Below are positions 9,039 to 19,840 of a stretch of 64,000 bases of DNA, piece by piece. The stretch comes from a virus. Under the pieces are notes generated by a model. It was not told where the DNA came from and made no database searches. It saw only the letters and a program-made list of their open reading frames with translations. The stretch lies in the IMG/VR virus record IMGVR_UViG_3300022680_000058, positions 64,001-128,000 of that record; one strand, given 5' to 3'. Both the position numbers and the translations under genes were made by a program. Within the stretch, counting starts at the first letter, position 1; every line of letters begins with the position of its first letter.

Positions 9039-11252
9039 CTACTCCTCCTTCGCAGCCAACTCGTCGATGAGCTCCTGTCCATACTCGATCTTGTCGGTCC
9101 TCTTGTCGATCGCCACAACACTCAGCCCTGTCAACCTCTCAAACTGGGCCAACCACTCACCGACCACCACCGACTTCATCCGGTCATGGAACGAACAGTA
9201 ATGGAGACAGATCAGACTCAGAGCATGCCCCTGACTGTGAGTCTCGCCGTCAAACTGAGCGAACTCCAAGGCCTCATCAACGGTCTTCGCCGAGTCCTTG
9301 TGAACCTGGAAGATATATCGACGCCAGTCCGCCTTTTCGGCCTTTTTCTTCTCGACCTCCTTCACAATGTCATCCGTGGGATCGGCACCGATCGTCTCCT
9401 CGTCATCAGGGTCAACCATCGCCTCTTCGAGGGGCTCCCCCTCTTTCAGCGGCTTGACCTTCGCAGGCTTCCCTGTCTTCAAGTGGCTCGTGTCACCCTT
9501 CCCTGGCTGGTCATCATCGTCCTTGTCATCCTTGGACGGCTTGGTGTCCCCAGCCCCATCCTTCTCGAAGGGCGGACCCTCGTTGTTGAACGCCTGATCC
9601 TTCTCCTTCTGCCGCTTCTCGCGAGCCTTCTTTGCCCTGGCTTCTTCGGCCTTTTTCTTGGCCACTCTGGCGGCGGTAGCGAGGTCTTGGGTGTTCATGT
9701 CCTTGGCAAGTTTGAACCACTTGTCCATGTTCCGCTTGTCGATCACCTCGACCAGCTCTTTGCTCTTGGTGTTGTACGAAATCACAGGACAGCAGAACCG
9801 TCCTGTCTCCGTTTCGAGGTGAACCAGAGGACCGTTGACATTAGCGAGCTCAATGGACCTCACAGGCACTGCGAAACCTTCTGAAATCACGGCGTAATGA
9901 TTGCTTGAGCGAATCATCTCTCGACCCCACGAGCCAAGAATCTCTTCCGCATCAAACTTACTGACGGTCACTATCCAAACGTCGTGATGAGGCTCATCTC
10001 TCTTTTGATGGTGGACACCGGCAAGCACCCCAAGACGAGTCAACAATGTCCGAATCTGGTACGCCAACCCTTGCGAGGTCGTGAGAACGATGTGTGTCCC
10101 CTTTTCAGACCTACTCCCGTCACCACCACAAAGACCACGAACAAAGGCCCTGACCTTTTCCTTGGGGAGACTATAGAACTCAGTCGGAATCCTCTTATGG
10201 TAAGCACCCTTGCCGAACCAATCATCAAACTGGACATCAACCCCATCGCCAGAAACCGTCACGCGGAAGCTCCCGGTGTGTTTTCCACCATTCTTCCTGA
10301 TCGAGTATTCATGGCCATGGAAAACGACCTCTGCCAACTCGGCAATGTGGTCCCTCTCCTCCTCAGCATCCTTTCCAAGACTGATCCTGAGCTGCCCACC
10401 ATAGGTGAACCCCTCTGTCACATACCAACCAGCAAACTCGAAGAACTCGTCATCCATACTCTCGAATTCACCAACGTCTGTTGGCTTCACAGCAGGGACC
10501 ACAAGCATGTCCCCCACGCACAGGTCCTCCGCGTTCACCCTCTCGATCTCATACTCAAAAGGCGCCTTATCCAAATGGGCTTCTCTCCTCTTCACCACCC
10601 CTTTTCTGATAACGTCAAATCCATGGCCTTCACTCGCCACCAAAGTCCCACACTTCACCACTTTGATTCTGTACCCCTCATCAAAGTTGAAGACCATGTT
10701 CTCGACGACCTTGGTCCAACCACCATTCTCGTCCATAATCACGTCACCAGGACCAACACTAAAGATCGGTTTCGATCCATTGATGGTCGTGATCGGGGTG
10801 TGCGGATCGAGGCACCAGCCGATTTCTTGAGCTCCCTGAAGGAGCTTCGGGTCTGCCCCCTGCTCAATACCGAACCACCACCAGACTCGCACAAGATACT
10901 TTGCCTTGCGGTAGTCGACCCCGAGAGCATCTTCCACATAGGTCTGGAACGAATCGTACTGTCCATCGAGATGTCGATAGAGGTTGTCCAGCTTCACCTC
11001 GTAAAGATGCCTCGCCAGCTCGAAGTAGGTCTCCTCGTACTGACGCATGAGATCAAGAATTCTCTCGTGAACTTTCATAGCTCTCGTCTGGTCAGACGAA
11101 AGCACCTCGGTTTTGAGAGCTCCCCCCTTGAGGGGTACCAGTGCCGAAGAATCGACGCTCGGGACATCGGGCTCATCCTTGGACTTCGAGCCCCTTTTCT
11201 TTGCCACTGGTGATCCGGTAGGTGGTGTTTGCCTCGCAGGTGTATCGGTCAT
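9039..11252 (-). CDS. Intein-containing putative DNA-binding protein (DUF3102-like N-terminus, acidic linker, possible RHH-like C-terminus)
   Basis: Extein pattern YFELARHLY..YDSFQTYVEDALG..RKAKYL..EIGW|TKSKEL is interrupted by a Hint plus LAGLIDADG block. Confidence 0.75.
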   Translation of the reverse strand: MTDTPARQTPPTGSPVAKKRGSKSKDEPDVPSVDSSALVPLKGGALKTEVLSSDQTRAMKVHERILDLMRQYEETYFELARHLYEVKLDNLYRHLDGQYDSFQTYVEDALGVDYRKAKYLVRVWWWFGIEQGADPKLLQGAQEIGWCLDPHTPITTINGSKPIFSVGPGDVIMDENGGWTKVVENMVFNFDEGYRIKVVKCGTLVASEGHGFDVIRKGVVKRREAHLDKAPFEYEIERVNAEDLCVGDMLVVPAVKPTDVGEFESMDDEFFEFAGWYVTEGFTYGGQLRISLGKDAEEERDHIAELAEVVFHGHEYSIRKNGGKHTGSFRVTVSGDGVDVQFDDWFGKGAYHKRIPTEFYSLPKEKVRAFVRGLCGGDGSRSEKGTHIVLTTSQGLAYQIRTLLTRLGVLAGVHHQKRDEPHHDVWIVTVSKFDAEEILGSWGREMIRSSNHYAVISEGFAVPVRSIELANVNGPLVHLETETGRFCCPVISYNTKSKELVEVIDKRNMDKWFKLAKDMNTQDLATAARVAKKKAEEARAKKAREKRQKEKDQAFNNEGPPFEKDGAGDTKPSKDDKDDDDQPGKGDTSHLKTGKPAKVKPLKEGEPLEEAMVDPDDEETIGADPTDDIVKEVEKKKAEKADWRRYIFQVHKDSAKTVDEALEFAQFDGETHSQGHALSLICLHYCSFHDRMKSVVVGEWLAQFERLTGLSVVAIDKRTDKIEYGQELIDELAAKEE
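9771..10814 (-). mobile_element. Intein with LAGLIDADG homing endonuclease (348 aa)
   Basis: Block A CLDPHTPITT, block B SEGH, LAGLIDADG motifs FAGWYVTEG and FVRGLCGGDGS, block F VHLET, C-terminal SYN followed by +1 Thr. Confidence 0.9.
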
Positions 11253-11908
11253 TTCTGAAACTCCTTCTCCTTCACGGCTTCAAAGTCCCACAGATACCTC
11301 GCCACGACATAAGCATCCGCCTCATGGTCGTTCTCCAAGTCGAGGCCTAACCCCTCGGTGAGAACCTTCATGATGTCTTCTTTCGCCGCGTGTCCATAGT
11401 CAAAAAAGTGCTTTCTTCCCGTCGAAGGCGGAACAGGTACCACCAGAATATTCCTGGCCAACCAGAGGTGGACCTTCACATTGCCGCCAATCTCCCCGAT
11501 CTGATGCGCCTGATTCGCCTTCTGATAGGCGTACCCTTCCAAGGCAACATGCCGGACCTTAAAGTCCTTGGCGAGCTTCACGACGTCATTGGTGAGGTTG
11601 ATCAACCTCTCGACCTTTTGTGCCTCGGAAATGGGCGGGTCGTTCTTCTTCTTCCTGGCGAGAACGTAGTCCAGAGAGAATGTCCTTAAGAGACTCCCGT
11701 ACTCACTGAGGATGACAATTCCCGTATGCTGGAGAGACAAGTCGATCCCCATAACTTTTCCAGGCGTCCTCAAGCCCTGCACACTCGCAAGGACCGAACG
11801 TGCCGCGACCGTCATCTGGGCAGGCTGGGATTTCGAGCTCTTCTTTCGGGGCTTGGAAGACTTCCCGGACATTCCGCACCTCTTCTTTCTGCTTTCTGAC
11901 CCGATCAC
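11249..11908 (-). CDS. ruvC: RuvC-like Holliday junction resolvase (true start probably further downstream)
   Basis: MGIDLSLQHTG, VALEGY and DHEADA catalytic motifs. Confidence 0.85.
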   Translation of the reverse strand: MIGSESRKKRCGMSGKSSKPRKKSSKSQPAQMTVAARSVLASVQGLRTPGKVMGIDLSLQHTGIVILSEYGSLLRTFSLDYVLARKKKNDPPISEAQKVERLINLTNDVVKLAKDFKVRHVALEGYAYQKANQAHQIGEIGGNVKVHLWLARNILVVPVPPSTGRKHFFDYGHAAKEDIMKVLTEGLGLDLENDHEADAYVVARYLWDFEAVKEKEFQK

Positions 11909-12653
11909 GATCGATCGTGAATGGATGCTCGATGATAGCCTTTTCGAGCTTCTTCTCCGTCAAGTCGACGTAGACGATCCTGGCTTTCTTCACGCCAGCC
12001 ATATCGCCGTACCAGGTCACCTGACTGACGTGGTCGTCATTCGGAGCATTCCGAATCCATCTCGCACTTCTGGTCGTCTTGATGTCCCAGATCTCCATGG
12101 TGTTTCCAGGGATGATGATCAAGCCATCAGTCAGCCCAGAGATTCTGAGGTCCAAGTTGTAAAGGAGCGGCTCTTCATAAATGAACCCACGGCGCCAGCT
12201 TGGAGTCATCCCGCAGAGCTCACACACGTCAGGCCTTACGATAGAAGATCTGACAGTGACCTTGTCCACAACGACCTCGCCGTGAGACGGAATCGGGACC
12301 TTGTCATCCTCATCAATCCCGTGGACGTGTCCGCACTCGGAGCACTTCCAGCCTCCGAGAATCCACTTCCCGTCGCCTCCCCACATGCTTTGGAGAAGAG
12401 TGTGGGCCGACGTTCCAGAGTCCATCGCCCACCGGCTATCCGGCATGAACTCATCGACGAGAGGAAGATCCATCTTCCACGCCATGGCATAGGCTCTCGG
12501 ACACATCTTCGACAGTTGGCTCGGAGAAAACCACATGTCCTGAGAAAGTCGCTTCTCTCTCCGTGTATAGAGCTGCTTCACGATGTACGGGGTCAAGAAG
12601 GCACCCTTCTCTCTGATACTCTTGACCTCCTTCAGAAGAGACCCGAGGGACAT
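11703..12653 (-). CDS. Solo Cas4-like PD-(D/E)XK exonuclease with a Zn-ribbon insertion
   Basis: SPSQL..CPR, G..H, ISGLTDG, WDIKT, QVTWY and C-terminal cysteines. Confidence 0.8.
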   Translation of the reverse strand: MSLGSLLKEVKSIREKGAFLTPYIVKQLYTRREKRLSQDMWFSPSQLSKMCPRAYAMAWKMDLPLVDEFMPDSRWAMDSGTSAHTLLQSMWGGDGKWILGGWKCSECGHVHGIDEDDKVPIPSHGEVVVDKVTVRSSIVRPDVCELCGMTPSWRRGFIYEEPLLYNLDLRISGLTDGLIIIPGNTMEIWDIKTTRSARWIRNAPNDDHVSQVTWYGDMAGVKKARIVYVDLTEKKLEKAIIEHPFTIDRDRVRKQKEEVRNVREVFQAPKEELEIPACPDDGRGTFGPCECAGLEDAWKSYGDRLVSPAYGNCHPQ

Positions 12654-13087
12654 CAGACAAGCCTCCTAATCGCATCAGAGATACTCACCTTGGCATCCTC
12701 GACCAATCCATCGATGAACTCATCAACAGCCTCCCTACCGTGATACGCCTTGAGGTCTTCCAGTGCCTCAATCGAGAAGTTCTGAACGATGGTCAGCACC
12801 CCAGTTCCGTTCTCATCGACAGAGAGTGTCGCTCCCTTGGGAACCTTCCCGAATTCATCCCCCGCCATCAACTCCAAAACGGAGACATCTCCTCCCGTCG
12901 CCTTGCTGAGCGCCACCGCTGTCCTGAACGACGACTTCTCACCGTTCGAGATCCGGTAAACGGTTCCCTGACTCACATCGGCGTCCCTGGAAAGCTTCCC
13001 GAGACTGACATTGGTCCTCTCAGACCACCTCTTCAATGGGTTATCACTCATCTGTCTTTTATAACCATTCAATTGCCACACATGCAA
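12653..13087 (-). CDS. Cro/XRE-type HTH regulator
   Basis: LGKLSRDADVSQGTVYRISNG...TAVALSKATGGDVSVLEL. Confidence 0.75.
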   Translation of the reverse strand: MHVWQLNGYKRQMSDNPLKRWSERTNVSLGKLSRDADVSQGTVYRISNGEKSSFRTAVALSKATGGDVSVLELMAGDEFGKVPKGATLSVDENGTGVLTIVQNFSIEALEDLKAYHGREAVDEFIDGLVEDAKVSISDAIRRLV

Positions 13088-13122
13088 CGTGAAATATTAC
13101 ATGTAGGCATATGTGCTGCAAA

Positions 13123-13140
13123 TGGGCAATTGATTGCCCA
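13123..13140. promoter_or_regulatory. Palindrome family A (TGGGCAATTGATTGCCCA), copy 1
   Basis: Intergenic; recurs at 23984, 46400 and 58455. Confidence 0.7.
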
Positions 13141-13142
13141 CT

Positions 13143-13673
13143 TCAGTTGTAGTGGACGAACAGAGAGACAACGTCTCCAGCCATGAGCGGCCCATCATCA
13201 CAACCAAGCCGAACCCTGTCAGTCTTGTCTCCCTTGAGCTCACAAGACATGAAAACGTCCCACGGACCGGAGTAGTTGAGAACAACCTCAACCCAGTCTG
13301 CCCGATGAGCAATCGTCAAAGCATACCGAATGATGCCATCCTTCTCCGGAACAACCATCACATCAGAAAACCAATCTGACGTGGTAGGGTTTTCCGACCT
13401 CCTACTGTCCAAAACCACAAATGGAAGCACCTTGATGTTCCATCCCTCTCTTTGATTCCAAATTGTGAAGAGCTTTTCGATAACACGCCTATCATCAGGT
13501 TTCGTGTATCCACGAGACCAACGAGAAACTGTTGCCAGGCTGACACAGAGTGCCTGAGCCAAAACCCTTTGAGAGACAACACCTCGGCGACCCTTCGAGC
13601 CAGTAATGCTTTTGACCATCTCACCGAGCCCCTCATTCTTCAGAATCATCATCTCCCCTCGGGTAGTCTTCAT
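13143..13673 (-). CDS. XRE-family HTH protein
   Basis: SQRVLAQALCVSLATVSRWSRGYTKP. Confidence 0.75.
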   Translation of the reverse strand: MKTTRGEMMILKNEGLGEMVKSITGSKGRRGVVSQRVLAQALCVSLATVSRWSRGYTKPDDRRVIEKLFTIWNQREGWNIKVLPFVVLDSRRSENPTTSDWFSDVMVVPEKDGIIRYALTIAHRADWVEVVLNYSGPWDVFMSCELKGDKTDRVRLGCDDGPLMAGDVVSLFVHYN

Positions 13674-14559
13674 CGTCCTGGTGCCCGAAAAACCTGTCGT
13701 AGACGCCCTGTATCCTGGCGATGTCTGTCAGGTGCAGCATATCCACACCATCCTCGATCTTGCCCTGGTGCCCGAGCGGGCCACCCTCAGCGACGACTCT
13801 CCCGAGCTCCACAATGAAATTGTCCGTTGGTCTGATCTCGGTACATGCCGGGTCAAGATTCTTGAGGCAGTATTCCAGCATGCTCCAGAGCACACGGCAC
13901 CGATCTAGACGTTCACTGGAACACTTCTTGTTCCAGTAGAACTCGGATTGCAGCGTTGTGGCATCGTCGAGTTCTGGCGAAAACACCTCACGAAGAGTAT
14001 CGATCTCTGCCTTCAGGGTATTCGCCATGTCCCAATCAGCATTCCCGTGCTCGACCCACATTCCCCACACAGCCGTGAAGAAACTCATCGTCTTCAACGG
14101 ATACGCCCCCATCAGATGAGCAGCCTCGTTACTGAAGTTCGGGTGAGCAATCATGAGCCCCATTCCGAACCCAGCCTCTGACATCAACATCACCCGAATG
14201 TGATAAGGGATGCTATCGAAGAGATATTTCACTACCTGATGGATAGCCTCTTCATCATGATATAGCGGCGAAAACACACGAAAGAAAACGACTTTCGCAT
14301 CGCTTACAGCATCTTCCGAGGGCTCCGGAATGTCCATCAACGATGCCGCCCACGCCTTCGACTCATCATACACACTCCCCTCTACCACCCTCTGTCTCTC
14401 CACCTTGGTGTCCATCAAACGACGACTGATATTCTCTCCAATTGTCTCAGCCTCCCTATCTGTGATGTCCCACTCCGAGAGTTCAGCCTTAATCAGACCC
14501 TTCATCTCCTGCTTCTCCATCTCTATCATCCTTTCTTGGCTGGGAGCATCCCGCGCCAT
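13633..14559 (-). CDS. Hypothetical protein
   Basis: Long ORF in operon. Confidence 0.6.
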   Translation of the reverse strand: MARDAPSQERMIEMEKQEMKGLIKAELSEWDITDREAETIGENISRRLMDTKVERQRVVEGSVYDESKAWAASLMDIPEPSEDAVSDAKVVFFRVFSPLYHDEEAIHQVVKYLFDSIPYHIRVMLMSEAGFGMGLMIAHPNFSNEAAHLMGAYPLKTMSFFTAVWGMWVEHGNADWDMANTLKAEIDTLREVFSPELDDATTLQSEFYWNKKCSSERLDRCRVLWSMLEYCLKNLDPACTEIRPTDNFIVELGRVVAEGGPLGHQGKIEDGVDMLHLTDIARIQGVYDRFFGHQDDEDYPRGDDDSEE

Positions 14560-15065
14560 CTGAGTTCATTTGCGAATTTCTTCGTGATCGCCGCCGCACT
14601 GTCATCATAAAGCCTTCTGTCTTGTGCGAGGCATGGTGGGACGAAGGCAGCATTCTGGGGCGGGAAGTGTGGAGAGATTCCTTCCTCAACTTTCCGACCC
14701 TTGGCCTCTTCACGTATCCCAACGGCGATCTTCTTCATCCTGGAAAACTCATCAACCAGAAGCCTTGTGTCAAAAACTCTGAATGCGAGCGCCTGGACGG
14801 CCTCTGTAGCCACGCCATTGTTATCGATGAGATCTTTACATGCCATATCGAGGAGCGTCTCAGAGAGCGGGTGAAGCGGCCTCTTGAACCCCTTTTCCTT
14901 CATGGTCTTCATCACCTTCAGGATGAGCTTGTCGACCTTCTCCCACGACTTGTCACGAGGAGAGTCACATGGCGGGATCGGCCTCATCTTCGAGACCTTC
15001 TCGACCAAACGCTCCAACATCGGCGTGAGCTTATCACCGATATCCGACATCAACTCTCCCGACAA
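14526..15065 (-). CDS. Hypothetical protein
   Basis: ORF in operon. Confidence 0.55.
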   Translation of the reverse strand: MSGELMSDIGDKLTPMLERLVEKVSKMRPIPPCDSPRDKSWEKVDKLILKVMKTMKEKGFKRPLHPLSETLLDMACKDLIDNNGVATEAVQALAFRVFDTRLLVDEFSRMKKIAVGIREEAKGRKVEEGISPHFPPQNAAFVPPCLAQDRRLYDDSAAAITKKFANELRWRGMLPAKKG

Positions 15066-15539
15066 TCATCAACGTGAAGCCCACCACAACAAAGGCATGG
15101 CTCCGCATGAGGCAACCCGTCCCACTCGAAAACAAGCTCGAATTTGTCCAATTCATCAAAATACGTCTGTGTCCCGTCTGAATTTCTTCTTCGGAGACGA
15201 ACAGTCGCGTTTCTAGGGATGATATCCGTCGGGTTCCCAGATCCAGACATTGCTTCAATTTCACCAGCCGCCTCTGACATAGAGAAAACCTCACACCGAC
15301 CGACCAGATTCTTTTTTCCCATCGTCAACTCTCCTACACGATCCCACGCTGTTGAAACTCTTCGAGAAGAGTCACATACCCAACATCATCAAACGGATCA
15401 TCAGGCCACCCCTGGGTTGGGTCTTCACCTCGACCTCGACACTCAGCACAGGCACCCCATTCCGGAATGTAGCCATAATAGATTCGGCACCCACACGACG
15501 GACACCATCGTCGATTTGGATGAACCTTTGGAGTCGACA

Positions 15540-16445
15540 TCAATCGAACTCCCCAATGTGATGGCCATGCTCAGAAAGCCAGTTCCGCTGTTCTGCTGTC
15601 AATGACCCCACCTTGGTCCAATCCGAACCCCACGCCGACGAACCAGGCTCTCCGTACACACGGACCCATCCGTTGACCTGTAAAGACTCCACAGTCGACT
15701 TCAGCACATACTGAGCGTAGGCATCGTGATCTTCCGAAGAACACCCGTAAAACGTCCCATCTGGAGAAACCCACCCAGCATCAGAATCCTCTTTGATGAG
15801 TTCTGTTCCGGACCAGTCTAGCTCGTCAAAGTCATGAGCACTCACTTCTTCCAACACTTTGATCCTGCTCTGAAGAAACTGATACCCACCATGGCGATTG
15901 ACGATCTTGTCCCCCTCTTTCCTCGCCCACCAAACAAACCCATACCTCTTGTCTTCGAGTTTCAGGAACGTTTCGATATGATTTCCGCCATAGTTCGATC
16001 GGATGCGGAATATCCTCTCGTTTTCCGGGCCAACCCACCCCAGCTCCTCCTGGACATCAAGATGTCTGTATTCGCGCCCGAGGTCACCTTCGATGTTCTT
16101 CTCGAACCCGACGTACAAACATTCTTTGGCCCCGAGTTCGAAAGCTCGACGAATGGTGTGCTCCACGAAGGTTCCGTGACACGGGCGAATGAAGATCGGG
16201 AGTTGTTGGCGCCCGAAACCCCACTCTGTGCAGTCCTTCATGATGACATGCTCGGTCTGAGGTCGAATATCGAGACTCGTGACAGCCCCATGAGGCATGC
16301 ACCGTTGGAGCTCGCCAGCACCAGCCCCACAGTCAACGATGAGCCGCCCCTTGGCAATGGTCGTCACCTTCCCCATGAAGCTCCGGTCAATCTCCATGAA
16401 GATCATCTGAGTCTTTCTCGGGTCATCATTCCCAACGATACGCAT
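15540..16445 (-). CDS. Protein with a SAM-methyltransferase-like N-terminal domain and an unknown C-terminal domain
   Basis: LIVDCGAGAG (motif I) and SLDI; C-terminal GWVSPDGTFY..H..GWVRV. Confidence 0.45.
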   Translation of the reverse strand: MRIVGNDDPRKTQMIFMEIDRSFMGKVTTIAKGRLIVDCGAGAGELQRCMPHGAVTSLDIRPQTEHVIMKDCTEWGFGRQQLPIFIRPCHGTFVEHTIRRAFELGAKECLYVGFEKNIEGDLGREYRHLDVQEELGWVGPENERIFRIRSNYGGNHIETFLKLEDKRYGFVWWARKEGDKIVNRHGGYQFLQSRIKVLEEVSAHDFDELDWSGTELIKEDSDAGWVSPDGTFYGCSSEDHDAYAQYVLKSTVESLQVNGWVRVYGEPGSSAWGSDWTKVGSLTAEQRNWLSEHGHHIGEFD

Positions 16446-17648
16446 GACTCACTCCTCCTCCAGTAGATAGATGAACGCGCCCCCTCTGATAACGCCCTCC
16501 CTTGCGTAGTCGTACTTGGCGCGAATCCTGGCGAGCTCCATCGAGATGTGAGCAACAGCAAGGTTGGTGTCTTCGGGCTCATGGTCGCAGATGGTGTGCG
16601 AATTCGCCCCATCGGGCTCATCTCCCTCACCACACCATCGCCATCGAACGTCGCCACTTCGCGCCTTACCATTGGCGTCAGTCATTTGACAGACCCCAAC
16701 CACCACACGCTCATAGACCCTGTCGATCTTACAGTCGTAATTGAAACGAGCCACCACGAAAACGGCCCTCTTGCTCCAGTCCTGGTGAACTCTCTCCACG
16801 CCCACGACGACAGCTTTCGGCCCGATAGCCTCATACTTCATGTTGATTCCGTTCATGACTCATCCCCATTCGGCTCCCACCGACATTCCAGGCCCGTCCC
16901 GATTTCCGAACAATCGGAGCAGTCATCATGACCGTTGTTTCCGTCGTCTTTCCGGCAGATATCGCAGCCATGATACCCCTCGATATCGCCACAGAAACAC
17001 TTCTTTGGAGCGCATGCCTTCGGGTCCATATAGGTCCCATCGACGACGTACCTCAGAGCCAGCAACTCAGACGCCTCAGAGATAACGTGAGCAGCATCCT
17101 GAACAGCAGAATGAGCGTGAGAGATGACCTCCTTGATATCCTCCTCTTCGTACAACTCCTTCACAGACTTCGCCTGGTCGAGCAGGCGTCTCGTTGACCT
17201 CTTCAACTCTGCCTTGATAACGTTCAATGCATCCAATTCTTTTGGCGTATCCATAGCTCACCTCACGCTGCCACAGCAGCTTGTTCCTGACTCAAGAGGT
17301 CTTCTTCAGCGTTGATGCACGACGCCCTTGACTCTGGGTCCAAATCGACGTTGGACCCGTCGTGCTTGAAGAGTTCCACAAGAGCAGCAGGCAAGCTGTA
17401 AGAGATCCTTGACTGCCAGATCCACTGATCGTTGTCATCGATCTCGACAGCGAGCCAACAAGGGCCATGGGGAAGCTTGACGAGGTATCCCACCTCTTCG
17501 AGGTAGCGATTCGTCTCGCCCGTTCTCGGGTCGTACTCGACCACTGGACGGGTGACACAGACATTACGTCCGCCCATCCAGAAGAACTGAAGAAAAGGGA
17601 AAATGGTGCGGATGACGTTGACGAAACTGGACATTGGTACCTCCACCT

Positions 17649-17676
17649 TTCACCAATCATCTTATGGCATGGTTTC
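17649..17676 (-). promoter_or_regulatory. Sigma70-like promoter, with a family C palindrome just upstream (17707-17719)
   Basis: TTGACA-N16-TAAGAT followed by a GGAGG RBS. Confidence 0.65.
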
Positions 17677-18842
17677 AGATTGTCAAGCGGTACGCTCAGA
17701 TTTCGTCAAAGTTTCTTTGGTGGGATCACAAACCCCTGCTCTCATCGCTGAGAAAGCCAGCCACTGCCTCATTGGCGACATTCTCAGCGTATGCGCTGAG
17801 CTGACTCTCTCTGTTGGTATTCATCTCCATAGACACAAGATATGACACCACACTGGCGGCTCTCCACCGTTTGTTCACCCCCTGAGAGATGGACACCTCA
17901 ATGTGGATGTCCTGGTCCGGCGAAAAGTTCACTGCTTTAGAGAGTGTTCTCCAACGCTCCCTCCACCGGTCAGCAAGCTTGTCCGCCTCGATGAGATTCC
18001 GCTGGAGGGTGTTGAGCTTGCTTCTCGCCTCACGAAGCTCTTCCAAGTACGCGACAGCTATCCACGCCCTATCAGCCTTTTCGGCACTCTCCTCGCTGGC
18101 GTGAGCGCCCCTTTCGGACGCCTTGGCCATCGACTTGAAATACTCAATCACCCCCATCAAGGTTCTCGGCGTCTTCTCCTCGATCATCTTCTTCTCCTGA
18201 CCACGGGGGCTCACCCCGCTTAATGAAATCCCACTCCTCATCCGTCGGATCTCGATACATCCCGATCGCCTCGATAGTGAACTCCTCACCGTCAACATCG
18301 AAGTATTCATTCTTGACAATGAGAAACTCACCTTCCCAGATCGAGACACCCACCGGACAATCAAAGTCCTGGTCAAGTCGAAGACCCTCAACAGTCGTTC
18401 CACGTCCGCATTGATGGATCTCGCGTGTGATGCTCTCGCCCCGATACCAGAGAACGATTCCGTCGAGCTCACCATTACCCATGGCGACCACCGCCACAGA
18501 ATCACCCTTCCTCGGGACATCAATCTTCTCGAAGAGTCGCCTCGCCATCAATCGCCTCGATCTTCCTCAAACATAGCTTGCAGATTGCTCCATCACGAGT
18601 TCTTACCATCGAGAGAAGAAATCCAGAGATCATCCTCTCCAATGGTCTCGAAACGATCACGCCTTCAGGAATCCTGGAATACTCAGCCGCCGCCTCAGGC
18701 ACCGTCACTCCACACAGTGTCGTATACCCTCCACAGTCGGACGGAGAGACAGTGTCTGCGCCCACAACACCATGAGCAGCAGACCACCCTCTCTTCGTCC
18801 TCCATGAAACGAAATCGTACCCCAGCTCCTCAGCAAACGAAG

Positions 18843-19577
18843 TCAATGAGTGACCATCTTGACGAGCTCATCATCTGACCACTCGGCGTCGAAATTCATG
18901 TCACAGAGCGCCTCGATGATGTCCTTGAGTCTCGTTTTCTTGTCGACCGGAATCTCGAAGACACGATTCCGATAACACATATCGACATCGCCGACCTTTT
19001 TCGTGCTGACCCACGCGTGAGGGCCAACATGAATATAGAGCTTGCCGTCGATGAGATCCGCACCACGATACCGAGTGTTGAACTCATCCACCCGCTTGTT
19101 GTGGCGCTCATTCATGGCTTTTTCTGCCCAGAGAAACATCTTCTTCTCCCACCCCTCGGCGAGCAGATGCTGAGGGACCCCGATCAAGACATCGAGCCAC
19201 GCGTTGGTGACCCTACACCTCCCCTGACCACCGATCTCTCTCACCATCCACGGGTCATCGCGGTCGTTCCCTGTTCCGCCATCGAATCGAGAGATCGACC
19301 ACCAATCATCGAAGAACATCCCGCCACCAAGCTTCACAACCGAACCAACAGGCGGAAGAACTTGGTCATCCCAGCAACCCCTGATCCTCAGCCACTGGGG
19401 AACGACCTTGAGATTTCTGGTTACACTCACATGCCGCGTCCCGAGGATGGTCTCCGCACTCGCGTATCTCAACTGCTCGTACTTGTACATATCGAGCCAG
19501 AGGATGATGTTCTGAAGGATCTGAGACCGCACAATGGCCAGCTTCAGGCGCCTTTCAGCACTGCCCTTTCGCGCCAT
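18843..19577 (-). CDS. Hypothetical protein
   Basis: Long ORF in operon. Confidence 0.6.
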   Translation of the reverse strand: MARKGSAERRLKLAIVRSQILQNIILWLDMYKYEQLRYASAETILGTRHVSVTRNLKVVPQWLRIRGCWDDQVLPPVGSVVKLGGGMFFDDWWSISRFDGGTGNDRDDPWMVREIGGQGRCRVTNAWLDVLIGVPQHLLAEGWEKKMFLWAEKAMNERHNKRVDEFNTRYRGADLIDGKLYIHVGPHAWVSTKKVGDVDMCYRNRVFEIPVDKKTRLKDIIEALCDMNFDAEWSDDELVKMVTH

Positions 19578-19840
19578 GACTCACGTCCTCTTCTCGGGTT
19601 CCTGTCTCGGCCTTGCCATGGCTTCGAGGAAGTCCATGAGCTGCCCACCCTTTCCCTCTTCCCGGAGCTTCAGCGCCTTGAGAGGGACCCAGTAGTCTTT
19701 CTTGCCCTTCTTCCCCCGACGACACCTGGCTTGGTCGTCCTTGATCTCATGAATGAAACCATAGACCTGATGCATGATGAGCTGTCGACCGCGACCCCCA
19801 CGATGAACCCATCCGACCTCATCACCGACTTTGAACTCAG

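Noticed and set aside
11703-12653. Cas4-like gene as a sign of a CRISPR-Cas system
   Set aside because: I found no repeat-spacer array or other cas genes in the window; solo Cas4-like exonucleases are common in phage recombination modules.
6247-12743. Long plus-strand ORFs such as 6247-7584, 9984-11213 and 11712-12743
   Set aside because: They are antisense shadows of motif-bearing minus-strand genes, with no recognisable domains.
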